This document shows, piece after piece, positions 9,031 through 19,358 of a stretch of DNA of 64,000 nt. The DNA is taken from positions 1-64,000 of the IMG/VR virus record IMGVR_UViG_3300021426_000079; one strand, 5' to 3'. The DNA is from a virus. Lineage: Duplodnaviria; Caudoviricetes. The notes beneath the pieces are model-generated. The model was not told the DNA's origin, did no database searches, and was given only the letters and a program-made list of their open reading frames with translations. Positions within the stretch are counted from its first letter, which is position 1; each line of letters opens with the position of its first letter. Made by a program: the position numbers and the translations under genes.

Positions 9031-9241
9031 AGCATACCCTACCTATGCAGTAGGATTAATACGGTGAAGTGCTAAATACTAGTATTCATACCAAAATAGA
9101 AGGAATTACGGGACAGATTTGAAAATGTGTACCCAAAAATGTGTCAAGTATTTTTACTTGACAAAACCGAAACGATTCGGTTTTTGAGCACTCTCTGCCT
9201 CGATCTGTTGATAATTTGCACTTTCTGACAAAATGCAAAAC

Positions 9242-9255
9242 CGAACACTTGTTCG
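9242..9255. promoter_or_regulatory. LexA/SOS (Cheo) box
   Basis: CGAACACTTGTTCG fits the Firmicutes CGAAC-N4-GTTCG pattern. Confidence 0.6.
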
Positions 9256-9807
9256 ACCCAGTACGGGGCAGTTTGACAAGACTAACCTCCGGAAAAAGCG
9301 AAAATCTGACGGTAGGGGTTTTTCACATTTCTCAAAAATTTTCTTCGTGTGACCACTTTTGTGACCATTCTAAATTATTCACGTTTCACATGAAACATTT
9401 TCAATATAAGTCCTGCTCTCTTCCACTTCGCTCCCATTCGGCGCAAAACCTACGAACTGGCGAACCTACTGGAATACATACACAACTTCGCGCGCAAGCT
9501 AATTAAAATCACTATATATAGTTTTGCAAGTTCTCTTGCATTTTTATGAACAAGTTATGCATATTATGCACAAAATCTTGCACTGCCATCGCGCCCAAAC
9601 TACGCCCAGAAAATGAAGAAAAGTATTGAGCGAAGTTTCATTCATCTGGCTCAAAACCTGCAATCCAAACTGAGCGAAATACTTTTCTTACCCCTAAACA
9701 AGCTTTATTTTAACTCGCGCGCCCAAATGGTTACGCGGCGAAAAATGCTCGATTAGCGCGCTCGTTCGGAACTACTAGAATAATAAAAAATATTTATAAT
9801 TTATATC

Positions 9808-9836
9808 TTGACAAACAATATAATCTATGTTATAAT
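9808..9836 (+). promoter_or_regulatory. consensus sigmaA promoter
   Basis: TTGACA-17 nt-TATAAT with an extended TG. Confidence 0.75.
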
Positions 9837-9845
9837 ATTATATAT

Positions 9846-10169
9846 ATAAGCTACTATAATATAATATATAGCTTAGTATAGTAATAGCTTATTTAAAAAT
9901 ATATCTATACAGAGCCTAGTATAGTAATATATAGCAGAGTATAGATATATTTTTTGTATTATATAATATATAAGATACATTTATTATACATAGCTTAGTT
10001 TAGATTATAGTGGTATAGTATAATACAAAGCTATGTATAATAAAAAAAGACTATACAGAGCTTTGTTTAGAAACTAGCGGTATAGTATAAAGCAAAGCTC
10101 TGTATAGCATTATTATACAGAGCAAGTTACTATACTAGCATGATAGTTACTTAACAAAGCTATGTATAA
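9846..10169. repeat. AT-rich array of related inverted repeats (candidate origin or terminus)
   Basis: perfect IRs 9895-9910/9939-9954, 9981-9996/10028-10043 and 10051-10065/10093-10107; near-perfect 10113-10123/10159-10169. Confidence 0.8.
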
Positions 10170-10383
10170 CTTATTGGATTTTGCGGCGCAAGTGCGTAAA
10201 GAGCAAGCTAAGAGGCATATATGTTTCACCTTGTAATCAAAGTCTTTTAAAAGCCAGAACGCAACTTATTATTTTCGCACTAAAGACTATACATGGCAAG
10301 CACAAAACCCCTATCCCCCAAGTTTCGCGCCCCCCTTCCCCCACCTTGTTAAAAATATAACAATAGCAAATGTCAGAATATTC

Positions 10384-10412
10384 TTGACATGCGAACATAA
10401 ATGTGTTATTAT
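10384..10412 (+). promoter_or_regulatory. sigmaA promoter of the rightward operon leading to the RNAP gene
   Basis: TTGACA-17-TATTAT, followed by CCATATG. Confidence 0.65.
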
Positions 10413-10468
10413 CCATATGTAAAGCAAAATAAACGGCGGCAAAAATTTATGCGACAGGAAAGGCGATT

Positions 10469-10957
10469 ATGGAAATCATTAAGGATAACACAACACGGCG
10501 CGGCGCGGCGGCGACCGAGCGCGAGAACAGAACCTATAAACATACCTGCTTTCATTGCGGGTCAGAATTCAGATACGATTACGGCGACACTTATGAGGGC
10601 GCATACGGCGCGCGATATGTACAGTGTCCATGTTGCGGCTCTGAGGAAGTCTGCGATGAGATACCCATGCAGAATCTCACGGCGGTGACGGCGAAGTTCC
10701 CACTGCACTACTCGCACACATTCAGCGGCGGCAAAGGCTGTGTCCATGTGGATGACGAGCGAATTCAGAAATACGTTAAAGAAGCGATTGAGTCCATGCG
10801 CAACGCGCGCGATCCAGACGACAACATCCGCATGACGACGACTGGCGACGCGGCGATTATCGTTTCAAAACTTGACGGCGATGAAGAGTATTTCGTATTT
10901 GTATCGCACGATTTTTACGAAACATTTATACCGTTTGAATACGAGGATTATTTTTGA
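10469..10957 (+). CDS. zinc-ribbon hypothetical protein
   Basis: CFHCG and CPCCG motifs. Confidence 0.75.
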   Translation: MEIIKDNTTRRGAAATERENRTYKHTCFHCGSEFRYDYGDTYEGAYGARYVQCPCCGSEEVCDEIPMQNLTAVTAKFPLHYSHTFSGGKGCVHVDDERIQKYVKEAIESMRNARDPDDNIRMTTTGDAAIIVSKLDGDEEYFVFVSHDFYETFIPFEYEDYF

Positions 10958-10993
10958 AGGAAGGAGAGGCGGCAAGGCTGTTGGTATTGATAC

Positions 10994-11218
10994 ATGAAGA
11001 CTTTTAAGATTTACGCTAAATATGTATACGTTGCCGACTGCGGCGAGATTCAGCTTGGCGACGATGCGACGGAGCAGGATGCCGTGGACGCGGCGGTAAT
11101 GTGCGGATTGGTAACTGATAATATCTGCATGGATGTAACGTGCGCGCGCGAACTGCGCTGTTGCGAAGACCCTGTGGCGATTGAGGATTCGGTCACGGCA
11201 GAAGAAGTGATTAAATAA
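10994..11218 (+). CDS. hypothetical protein
   Basis: ORF within the operon. Confidence 0.6.
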   Translation: MKTFKIYAKYVYVADCGEIQLGDDATEQDAVDAAVMCGLVTDNICMDVTCARELRCCEDPVAIEDSVTAEEVIK

Positions 11219-11311
11219 CCTGGTTTAATTTTGTCAAATTATAAACTTTAAAATATATTTATGTCGCATTTTGTAAACCGTTTTTAATAACACAAATGGA
11301 GTTTAAATACA

Positions 11312-11836
11312 ATGGAATTCAAGAGGTATTCACCAGAAGAAATCGAAGAGATACGCGACGCATGGTGCGTGATATCCTGCGGCGACTGTGTGCATTTCAG
11401 TTTCAAGATTGGCGCGGAGGCGACCTGTCCGATGATTGACCATGAGCATATCAAGTTCTACCATCCCTACTTCAAATCGTATGACAACGGCGAGTTCATG
11501 AATCTGGTATGTCCTAAGTTTGAGCCAAACTCGATTGCGAAGTGGTTGCGCGAACACTGGTGCGGCGTGGACGCTTACTATACCGACAAAGAGAAAACTA
11601 AAGGTAATATTTCATTCTTCGTTGACGGCGACGAGGACACTATCTACCAAGTGCCAGTTGCGCTCTGGTGGCGCGGCGAACACATGGACTCACAAGGTAA
11701 TCTTCGTTGGGTATTAAAGACCTACATGAAGCGCGTGCGCAAGTCAGAGAAAAATTCTCTTGGTTGGGTTCTTCTGGATGAACGCCCCGATGGGACAGTG
11801 TACCGACATGGCACACAGGAGGTATGGAATGGTTGA
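11312..11836 (+). CDS. Cys-rich hypothetical protein
   Basis: CGDC...CP...CPKF pattern; RBS. Confidence 0.7.
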   Translation: MEFKRYSPEEIEEIRDAWCVISCGDCVHFSFKIGAEATCPMIDHEHIKFYHPYFKSYDNGEFMNLVCPKFEPNSIAKWLREHWCGVDAYYTDKEKTKGNISFFVDGDEDTIYQVPVALWWRGEHMDSQGNLRWVLKTYMKRVRKSEKNSLGWVLLDERPDGTVYRHGTQEVWNG

Positions 11837-11919
11837 TGTATTTTCACCACGTAGTAGACTTTCGTGCTGTTTTCTGGCGCGAAATAAGCATGAAAGTAAA
11901 TTTATGTTGAGGTGTTCGC

Positions 11920-14900
11920 ATGGGAAAGTATGGAATTGAAATACGCAATATACCTGCGGCGCAGATATACGAAGTAAATAATGGCGTGCGCGAATACTTC
12001 ACTTCTACCAAAGCGATGCTGAATAACAGTCTGCTTCTGGACTTTTTGCAGACGCACGGACTGCGCACTTACAAGGATAAATCAACGCGCGATATCGTGT
12101 GTATCTCGTTTGACTATGGATCAAAGAGTTACAAGGAAGAGCGCAAGCGTGTGAAGAAACTGCTCGACGGCGCGCAGACAGATGAACGGCGACAAGTCTT
12201 CACTGATGTATTGGTGAAGGTAGACGCTAATCAAGCACGGTACGACAAGAAGACGCGCGAGGAACTGCGCACACTCTTCTACTCGCAAGGTGTGAACATC
12301 ACTTGGGTCGAGAAATATCGTGACGGCACGATTAAGCGCGAGGAATTGATTCATTACCAGATGCTCTTCCGCTCTCCTGCCAAGGCAAAACAGGGCGCGT
12401 GCTTCTTCATCCGCGACAAACTCTATGATGCGACGCATGAGTGGATGACTCTTGGTATTCAATTACCAGAAGAGAACGCGGACATTGTTGGCATATCAGC
12501 GTATCAATCTCTGGCGGCGAGTACAATTGTCGGGCGCGTGCGCATCCCTATGGAGAAGATACTGATTGTAAAAGACGAGGATTCTTTCTACAAGACGATT
12601 GCGGATGTAGTTAAAGCCGAGGATTACGTGCCGAACGCGAAGAAACCGAATGAAGTCAAGAAGCGGTGCGTGGTCGTGCGCGAGGAAACCGAAATCAAGA
12701 ATACGCTTTGGGACGGCATGGGGCTGTGCGAAGATACGCTGTACCCGAATAAGCAGTGTGGCATGATGCTTCTGCGTAACCGTTTCTTTAAGGCGTGTAT
12801 GTTCAAGACTCACATTCAGAAGTTCTTCCGCGACTGGTGCGCGCAACACGGCGAAAATTACGAAACTTATGAAGTGCAGGATATGTTTGGCGTTTATCAC
12901 AGACTGTGCGACATTGAGGTAATTACCACTGAAAATGCAATCAAGTGGAAGAAGTTCGTGAAGTATATGGGCGGCACTCCACAGGCGGCGTATGAATATT
13001 GGTGCGCGAAACTGCGCGAGGACAACTGCACATTCGGAATTGTCAAGACAGACCATCCGAGTAAACTTGGCGAATATCAGCAGATGTCATACCAGATGAT
13101 TAATACGCTCCCTTGCACGAAAGACGAACTGCGCGAGATTATGGCTGATACTGTCAACTATGTATCTGACTTGAAGAGTAATCCAGAAGTCTTCGCGGAT
13201 TTTGCGCGGCGCAACGCAACCGAAGTGAACAACTACTCTATGCTTGCGGATATGTACAAGAATATCAAGAACATCGAGTTCAGCGACTGGTATCGGCGGC
13301 AACGGACTCTGGCAGTACAATCCTATGTGCGCAACCTGCGGCAAGGCAAAGTGGTCGTTAAAGCGGACAATATGACGATTTGCGGCAATCCGTTCGGTTT
13401 ACTACTGAAAGCCGTTGGCGATTTCAATGGTATTGATTCGTGCTTTGAGGATAAGCCAGATGGCGCGATTAACTGCTACTGTCCGAGATTTGCAGACGGA
13501 GAGATGCTTGCAGGATTCAGAAATCCGCACAACTCGCCGAATAATGTAGTGGCATTGAGAAATAAGCATCACCAGATATTTGACAGTTACTTTGCATTGA
13601 GTAACAACATCATAGCGATTGATTGTATTCATACAGATATACAAGCAAGGCTGAATGGAGCAGACTCAAATCGGGGTCGGTTCAGTGGAAACACTGTTCA
13701 AAAACTATTCGGTGAAAACTGGAAGGCTTAACTGCTAATCAGTTACTAAGCCAGACTGTTAAAGGCAGACTGGAAAGTTCAGAGACTAGGCGTTGAGGAA
13801 TACAATAATACGCCCAAGAGTGCCGAATACAATTACCTATAGGGTAATTTGAGCGACTTGCAATCGCAAAACCTAACGTTAAACGAGGGTAAAGAGATAG
13901 TCCGACACTCCGTTGAAAAGCGGAGAAGCGTAGGATAAAGAGCCTACGATATAACACAATGTCGATTCAGACTTTTGCTTTGTAACTAATCAACCAACCA
14001 TTGTCGAGTGCGCGAAACGATGCTATCGAGATTATCCGACAATCGTAAATGCACTGAATGAAAGCGGGGTGACTTACAGTAACACACTTGCCGACTATGC
14101 GCTGATGGATAACAACTTCTCCAAGAGCAAACTTGGTATCGGTTGGTCGTCGAATATTGCGCAACTTGCCATGTCTTATTACTGGACAGAACTTTATAAG
14201 GACGAGTCAGAGCGCGACGGCGAAACGCTGAAACAGTTCTACGATGTGTTCGTTATCATGTCTGTTATTGCGCAGGTAATCATCGACAGTTGCAAGCGGC
14301 TGTATGAAGTATCTGGTATGGATATCATTCGCCAGATTCAGTCCATGCCGTGTATGCAGATTGTCGAGGCTGACGAGCGCGACGAGGATGTAGTTCACCG
14401 CAAAGACTTCCCGAAGTTCATGAAGTATACGCGAACGGTTGACATAATGCGAGGAGGCAAGATGCGTCCACAGGAAGATATCGCGGCAGACAAGTACAAG
14501 ATTCGGCGGCGTATCAATTACTCCTTCTCCTGCCCTATGAACTGGTCAGAAGAGATACTGGACGAAATACCGATAAGCACGAAGGTTGAAGGTATTCCCA
14601 TTGCGGAGTTCATCAAGCCTATGAGTGGCAAGCCGAAGTACAAGCAGATAACCAGAGTAGTCGAAATGGCGAACGACCTGCAAGCGCAAGTCAATAAGTA
14701 TATGGCGCAGTTGAACGCGACGGACGATGACAATGAAAAACAGTTTGTGATGGAAGGTATTGAGAACGCTTATACAGAAATCGAGAACAAGTTGAAGTCA
14801 ATGCGATCTATGAGTCAAGCTACAATGCACACGCTGATTGAATGGTGCTTCAATATTCAAGACGGTAATATTGCCACGAAGGAACTGCGGCGCATGATTA

Positions 14901-14980
14901 GCGCGAACTCAAACACGATATTAAACCTGCTTTACCGGACGAAACCGATGGGATTTTTCGACAACTTCAACACGCGCTGA
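11920..14980 (+). CDS. YonO-like single-subunit (RdRP/QDE-1-related) phage RNA polymerase; spliced join(11920..13666,13962..14980), 921 aa
   Basis: RSPAKAKQG, WDGMG, RNRFFK and RNPHNS motifs; splicing restores GADFDSDF; exon 2 carries IGWSSNIAQ and IIDSCKR; SPbeta-like position upstream of the late genes. Confidence 0.85.
13667..13961 (+). ncRNA. group I self-splicing intron (295 nt, no homing endonuclease ORF)
   Basis: 5' exon ends in U and intron ends in G; P1 GACU/GGUC; P10 AAUCG/CGAUU; P7 strands AGAGACUA (13781) and GAUAGUCC (about 13896); removal restores frame and motif. Confidence 0.88.
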
Positions 14981-15104
14981 GAGGGCGATTTGGGCGATTT
15001 CGCGAAAAAAAATTCGATTTTCGGGAGAAAGTTGTGGTCAAAAATCGGTCTGGTTTCTAGGTTTTAAGCCAAACGAGCAACAAAAAGTATTGCAACGTTA
15101 TGAG

Positions 15105-15118
15105 GGAACAGGTGTTCG
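15105..15118. promoter_or_regulatory. LexA-type box upstream of the late operon
   Basis: GGAACAGGTGTTCG = GAAC-N4-GTTC. Confidence 0.45.
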
Positions 15119-15223
15119 ACTACAAATACCCCTATAAATCGACGACCACTTCCTTTGTATTTCTACTCCTTTTGTGTGTGGAGAGGGCGGTCAGCGTACC
15201 GCTCTCTCATTACTTGACATTGT

Positions 15224-16516
15224 ATGGAGGACGAATTGGAGACAACTTATTTCTATGACACTTGCGCACTACTCAATGTCGGCGGTGAGGCGTTCAAACA
15301 CCCCTTTATCGTTTCACCAGTTACGCTTGAAGAACTTGACCACATCAAGACGAGCGCGAATAAAGACGAGATTACAAAAGAGTTACAGCGTAATGTGTCG
15401 CGGTTACTGAAACAGAATAAAGGTAAATATCAAGTAGTGTCCCCTACACTATACGATGATATTAACAGTATTCGTGAAGAGTTTCACGTACAAGAAACAA
15501 ACGACAACTTAATTATCGCTTCTGTTGTGTATGCCATCCGCACCCATATGGCAGATAACATTGTATTTTGTACAGACGATATCAACGCCAACCTTATAGC
15601 TTCAACTGTATTCGACATCCCCACTGTCGGCTCAGACGCTATCCTTGGCGAACTTGAAGATTACACAGGCTACAAAGATGTTGACTTGACAGATGATGAA
15701 CTGGGCGAACTTCTCTCCCACCCCACAGAGAATACGTTCGGGTGTCTGCCAAACCAGTACCTTGTTATTCACGACCCAAACAATATCGAAGTCGTTGACG
15801 CGCTGAAATGGACAGGTGTGGAGTTTGTTCAACTGCAAAGCAAGCAGTTTGATTCTTACCACATCAACAAAGACGACTTTGATGTAAGGACTCTGGACAT
15901 TTACCAGAAGTGCGCGCTTGACTCTATGTTGACGAATCAAATAACTGTCATGCGCGGCGCGGCGGGTACTGGCAAAACATGGCTTGGGTTTTCATATCTT
16001 GTATGGCTACTTGACACGCACCAGATTGAAAAGATTTATGTGGCGTGTAACACGGTAGCTTCAAAAGATTCTGCACAGCTTGGATTTTACCCCGGAACAA
16101 AGGACGAAAAAGTTCTTGGTACAAACATCGGCGGTATTCTGAGCGATAACCTTGGCGACAGGATTGAACTTGAAAGCATGATTCAGAAGGAGCAGATTGA
16201 ACTGCTTCCTATGTGTGATGCGCGCGGGCGCAGTCTGTCGAAAGGATATTATGCAGTATATATGACGGAAGCTGAAAATATGACAGTTAGTCTTATGCAA
16301 TTACTTATTCAGCGGCTTGGCGAGAATACCAAATGTATTCTGGAAGGTGACAACGATCAGCAGTTAGACCGCTATGCGTACTATGGCTACAACAATGGTA
16401 TGCGGCGCGCGTCCGAAGTTCTGCGTGGGAGCAATCTCTACGGAGAAGTGAAACTGCCGATTATTCACCGTAGCACAATCGCGGAACTTGCGCAGAAGAT
16501 GACTGAGCGAGGGTAA
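15224..16516 (+). CDS. phoH: PIN-PhoH (PhoH2-like) protein
   Basis: N-terminal FYDTCALL and NDNLII (PIN); GAAGTGKT Walker A; LGFYPG, RGRS, EAEN. Confidence 0.85.
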   Translation: MEDELETTYFYDTCALLNVGGEAFKHPFIVSPVTLEELDHIKTSANKDEITKELQRNVSRLLKQNKGKYQVVSPTLYDDINSIREEFHVQETNDNLIIASVVYAIRTHMADNIVFCTDDINANLIASTVFDIPTVGSDAILGELEDYTGYKDVDLTDDELGELLSHPTENTFGCLPNQYLVIHDPNNIEVVDALKWTGVEFVQLQSKQFDSYHINKDDFDVRTLDIYQKCALDSMLTNQITVMRGAAGTGKTWLGFSYLVWLLDTHQIEKIYVACNTVASKDSAQLGFYPGTKDEKVLGTNIGGILSDNLGDRIELESMIQKEQIELLPMCDARGRSLSKGYYAVYMTEAENMTVSLMQLLIQRLGENTKCILEGDNDQQLDRYAYYGYNNGMRRASEVLRGSNLYGEVKLPIIHRSTIAELAQKMTERG

Positions 16517-16520
16517 GTGC

Positions 16521-16784
16521 ATGAAAAAATTTATGATGGGTATTTTAACTGGCGTGGTTGTTATCCCGATTCTTGCGGACTGCGTTGAACTTGTCGATAT
16601 GTGGTTTGAAGCGGCGAAGATTGCGCCGTCGATGAAGGTGACACGCGGCAATGGAGAAATCCAGAAGTTAGCTAGAGAGTATGGTCTTGATGGTGAAGGT
16701 GACGAAGATGTGCAATCCATCGGTTTTGAAGTACCTACCGAAGCAGACTACGAAGAAGAGGAAGATGACGGTTACGCCGAATAA
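16521..16784 (+). CDS. hypothetical protein with N-terminal TM segment and acidic tail
   Basis: ORF coupled to its neighbours. Confidence 0.7.
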   Translation: MKKFMMGILTGVVVIPILADCVELVDMWFEAAKIAPSMKVTRGNGEIQKLAREYGLDGEGDEDVQSIGFEVPTEADYEEEEDDGYAE

Positions 16785-16810
16785 ATAATTGAAAGGCGTG
16801 AATAGTTATC

Positions 16811-18028
16811 ATGGTACTTGACGACGCAGTGAAAAAACTGCCAGATGAAACCGAAGAACAATATATCTGGAAAATTGGTCAGATGGTCGATTCTGGTAAA
16901 TTTACATGGTCTGCCATTAAGGACACCATAAACAGCGAACTTGGAATTGAAGAAGATAAATGGCGCGATGAATCAGCATTTCGCAAACGGTATAAAGCCG
17001 CAAAGCAGTTCTATCTGAATTGTTTCAGCAAGATGCGTGGCGAACAATACAGCGATGATGTAAATGCGCAGATGCGTGATATGCAGATTGAACGCCAGAA
17101 ACTCGCAGACGAACGTAATTCATATACGCGGATTCTGCGACAACAGGCGCGGTCTGATGCGAATTGGGATTACTTTGAAATGCTCATTCGTGAAAGCGGC
17201 GCGCAAAAATACAATAGTAATTCAGCGGCAAATAAGCAGAGGTCAATCAGCGACGACGACTTGGAAATGGCTGTGTGCCTTTCTGACTTGCATTTAGGAT
17301 TGGACTTTGCTAACAGCTTTGGTAATTACAATTCTGATATTTGTAATCTGAGGCTTCATGAATATGCATTGAAGGTAATTCAGATTGCGAAACAGCGCGG
17401 AATTCGTATTTGCCATGTACTGCTTCTTGGCGACTTGATTAGTGGTAATATTCACTTCACCACTCAGCTTGAAAATCGCGAGAACGTTGTGGAGCAGGTA
17501 CAGAAGGTCGCGGAATATATTAGCGACTTTGTATATGATTTGTCGCAACATTTCGATGCTATATATGTGAATGGCGTTTCGGGCAACCACTCGCGCGTTG
17601 GGCTTAAAGAGAATGTCCTGCGTGACGAACGGCTTGACGCTTTGATTATATGGTACTTGAAAGCAAAACTCTCTTCGATAAAGCGGATTGAGTTTACGGA
17701 TACTTACAACTTTGACGGCACTGTTGGCGCTGAAACTATATGTGGTAATCCATATCTGCTTGTGCATGGCGACTACGATCAGATAAGCGAATCGAGTGTT
17801 GGCAAACTGATTACAACGACGAGAATTAATCCAACTGGTATCTTCGTTGGTCATTTGCATACACCTTCATACTCTGATGTATGTGGTATTCATGTCGTGC
17901 GCTCTGGCAGTATGTGCGGATCTGGCGATGATTACACGGTAAGCAAGAGGCTATGCGGAAAGCCTAGTCAGACGGCGGTTATCTGTGATAGTGACGGCAT
18001 CGAAAGTATTTATCCGATTTATTTTTAA
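16811..18028 (+). CDS. calcineurin-like metallophosphoesterase (YonJ-like)
   Basis: SDLH, GDLI, GNHSR, HGD and GHLH motifs. Confidence 0.85.
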   Translation: MVLDDAVKKLPDETEEQYIWKIGQMVDSGKFTWSAIKDTINSELGIEEDKWRDESAFRKRYKAAKQFYLNCFSKMRGEQYSDDVNAQMRDMQIERQKLADERNSYTRILRQQARSDANWDYFEMLIRESGAQKYNSNSAANKQRSISDDDLEMAVCLSDLHLGLDFANSFGNYNSDICNLRLHEYALKVIQIAKQRGIRICHVLLLGDLISGNIHFTTQLENRENVVEQVQKVAEYISDFVYDLSQHFDAIYVNGVSGNHSRVGLKENVLRDERLDALIIWYLKAKLSSIKRIEFTDTYNFDGTVGAETICGNPYLLVHGDYDQISESSVGKLITTTRINPTGIFVGHLHTPSYSDVCGIHVVRSGSMCGSGDDYTVSKRLCGKPSQTAVICDSDGIESIYPIYF

Positions 18029-18085
18029 TGGGCGCATTGTCCCAAAATAATTGACAAGACAAAAATAATTGATAGGAGAAAAACA

Positions 18086-18376
18086 ATGAGTAGTGAAAAT
18101 TATACTAAGAATGACCTCGCTAAAGATATTCAGCGAGACACAGGATATTCAGTGAGCGCAATCAGCGAAGTGCTTGGAAGTGCTATTACTCACATTCAAG
18201 ATGTGCTTGTGAACAGACAGCCTGTCTATATCGGCGGTATCGGCAAATTTGATTTTCTTGACAGACCTGCGCGCGAAGGACGCAACCCGCGTACTGGCGA
18301 GGTAATTATGATTGAGTCTAAAACTGCCGTGCGCTTCAAGCCTTGTTCTGAACTGAAAAGGCTGATGAATCCTTAA
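18086..18376 (+). CDS. hup: HU histone-like DNA-binding protein
   Basis: GIGKF...AREGRNPRTGEVIMI...VRFKP. Confidence 0.9.
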   Translation: MSSENYTKNDLAKDIQRDTGYSVSAISEVLGSAITHIQDVLVNRQPVYIGGIGKFDFLDRPAREGRNPRTGEVIMIESKTAVRFKPCSELKRLMNP

Positions 18377-18386
18377 CGGTTAGGCG

Positions 18387-19358
18387 GTGACACCAATGGC
18401 TAGAACGATATCGAAATCAACGCCAACAATCAAACCGCCGACAAGGTATCATTGCCTCTGCTGTAATAGATTTTATAATACAGCACCGAGTTATTTTCAA
18501 TCTTCTCACGGCGAGGAGTTTAAATACAACAACGGTTTTATTACGGTATGCAATAGTTGTTTGGACAAGATATATGCAAAGATACTGCGTGCTTGCGATG
18601 ATGATGAACTGCAAGCGATACGGTATATGTGTATTCGGTTCAACTGGTATTTTGACTTTGATTATGTAAACTCGTTACAGCCATTGGACGGTCAATCGCT
18701 ATTTAAATGTTTTCTGGACAACAGAAACAAACAACGAGGCGTAGACGATGCAACTTACATCGACACGCTAAAACGCGATTCTGCGCTTGGTGTCAACGTT
18801 AATATCAATAATCTTGCGCATGATTTGCAAGCTGACGAGGATATTGCCGACGACGGCAACTTTGAAGTCACGCCAGAGATTACTGAGCGTTGGGGAAGTC
18901 ATTATACTACGGCGCAGTACGCTGAACTTGAAAAGCATTACCATATGTTGCACAGATACAATCCAGACTGCACAGGTAATCAAGAAGTATTCATTAAGAA
19001 TCTCTGTTCGCTGAATCTATTGCAGAATGAAGAGTTGCAACAGGAAACACCCGATGTTGACGCTGTGACAAAACTTATGTCGCAGTACCAAAAAATATTT
19101 TCGACTTCTGGACTTCGCTTGGAAGAACAGAAAGATGACTCTGCTACTGCTCCACTTGGCGTGACACTTTCGCTTATCAGTCAGTATACGCCAGAGGAGT
19201 ATTACAAAAACAAAAAAGTGTTTAAGGATTACACAGGTATTGAAGAGTATGTTGAGCGCAACATTACTAGACCTGTTATGAATATCGTGCAAGGTTCAAA
19301 CGTTCGCGACCCCGAATATCATGTGCAAGGGGACGGCGAAGGTGAGATGACATCATGA
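18387..19358 (+). CDS. putative terminase small subunit (YonG-like, Zn finger)
   Basis: CLCC...CNSC; immediately upstream of the large terminase. Confidence 0.6.
   Translation: MTPMARTISKSTPTIKPPTRYHCLCCNRFYNTAPSYFQSSHGEEFKYNNGFITVCNSCLDKIYAKILRACDDDELQAIRYMCIRFNWYFDFDYVNSLQPLDGQSLFKCFLDNRNKQRGVDDATYIDTLKRDSALGVNVNINNLAHDLQADEDIADDGNFEVTPEITERWGSHYTTAQYAELEKHYHMLHRYNPDCTGNQEVFIKNLCSLNLLQNEELQQETPDVDAVTKLMSQYQKIFSTSGLRLEEQKDDSATAPLGVTLSLISQYTPEEYYKNKKVFKDYTGIEEYVERNITRPVMNIVQGSNVRDPEYHVQGDGEGEMTS

Noticed and set aside
8763-9075. ORFs across the CG/TG tract
   Set aside because: They are low-complexity translations without an RBS, a by-product of the dinucleotide alternation.
9846-10169. AT-rich repeats as a CRISPR mini-array
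   Set aside because: The repeats are inverted and the intervening loops resemble each other rather than being unique spacers.
11920-14980. Two separate genes or a natural two-subunit RNAP, as shown in the ORF track
   Set aside because: The intervening sequence has group I intron hallmarks, and its removal restores the catalytic motif in frame.
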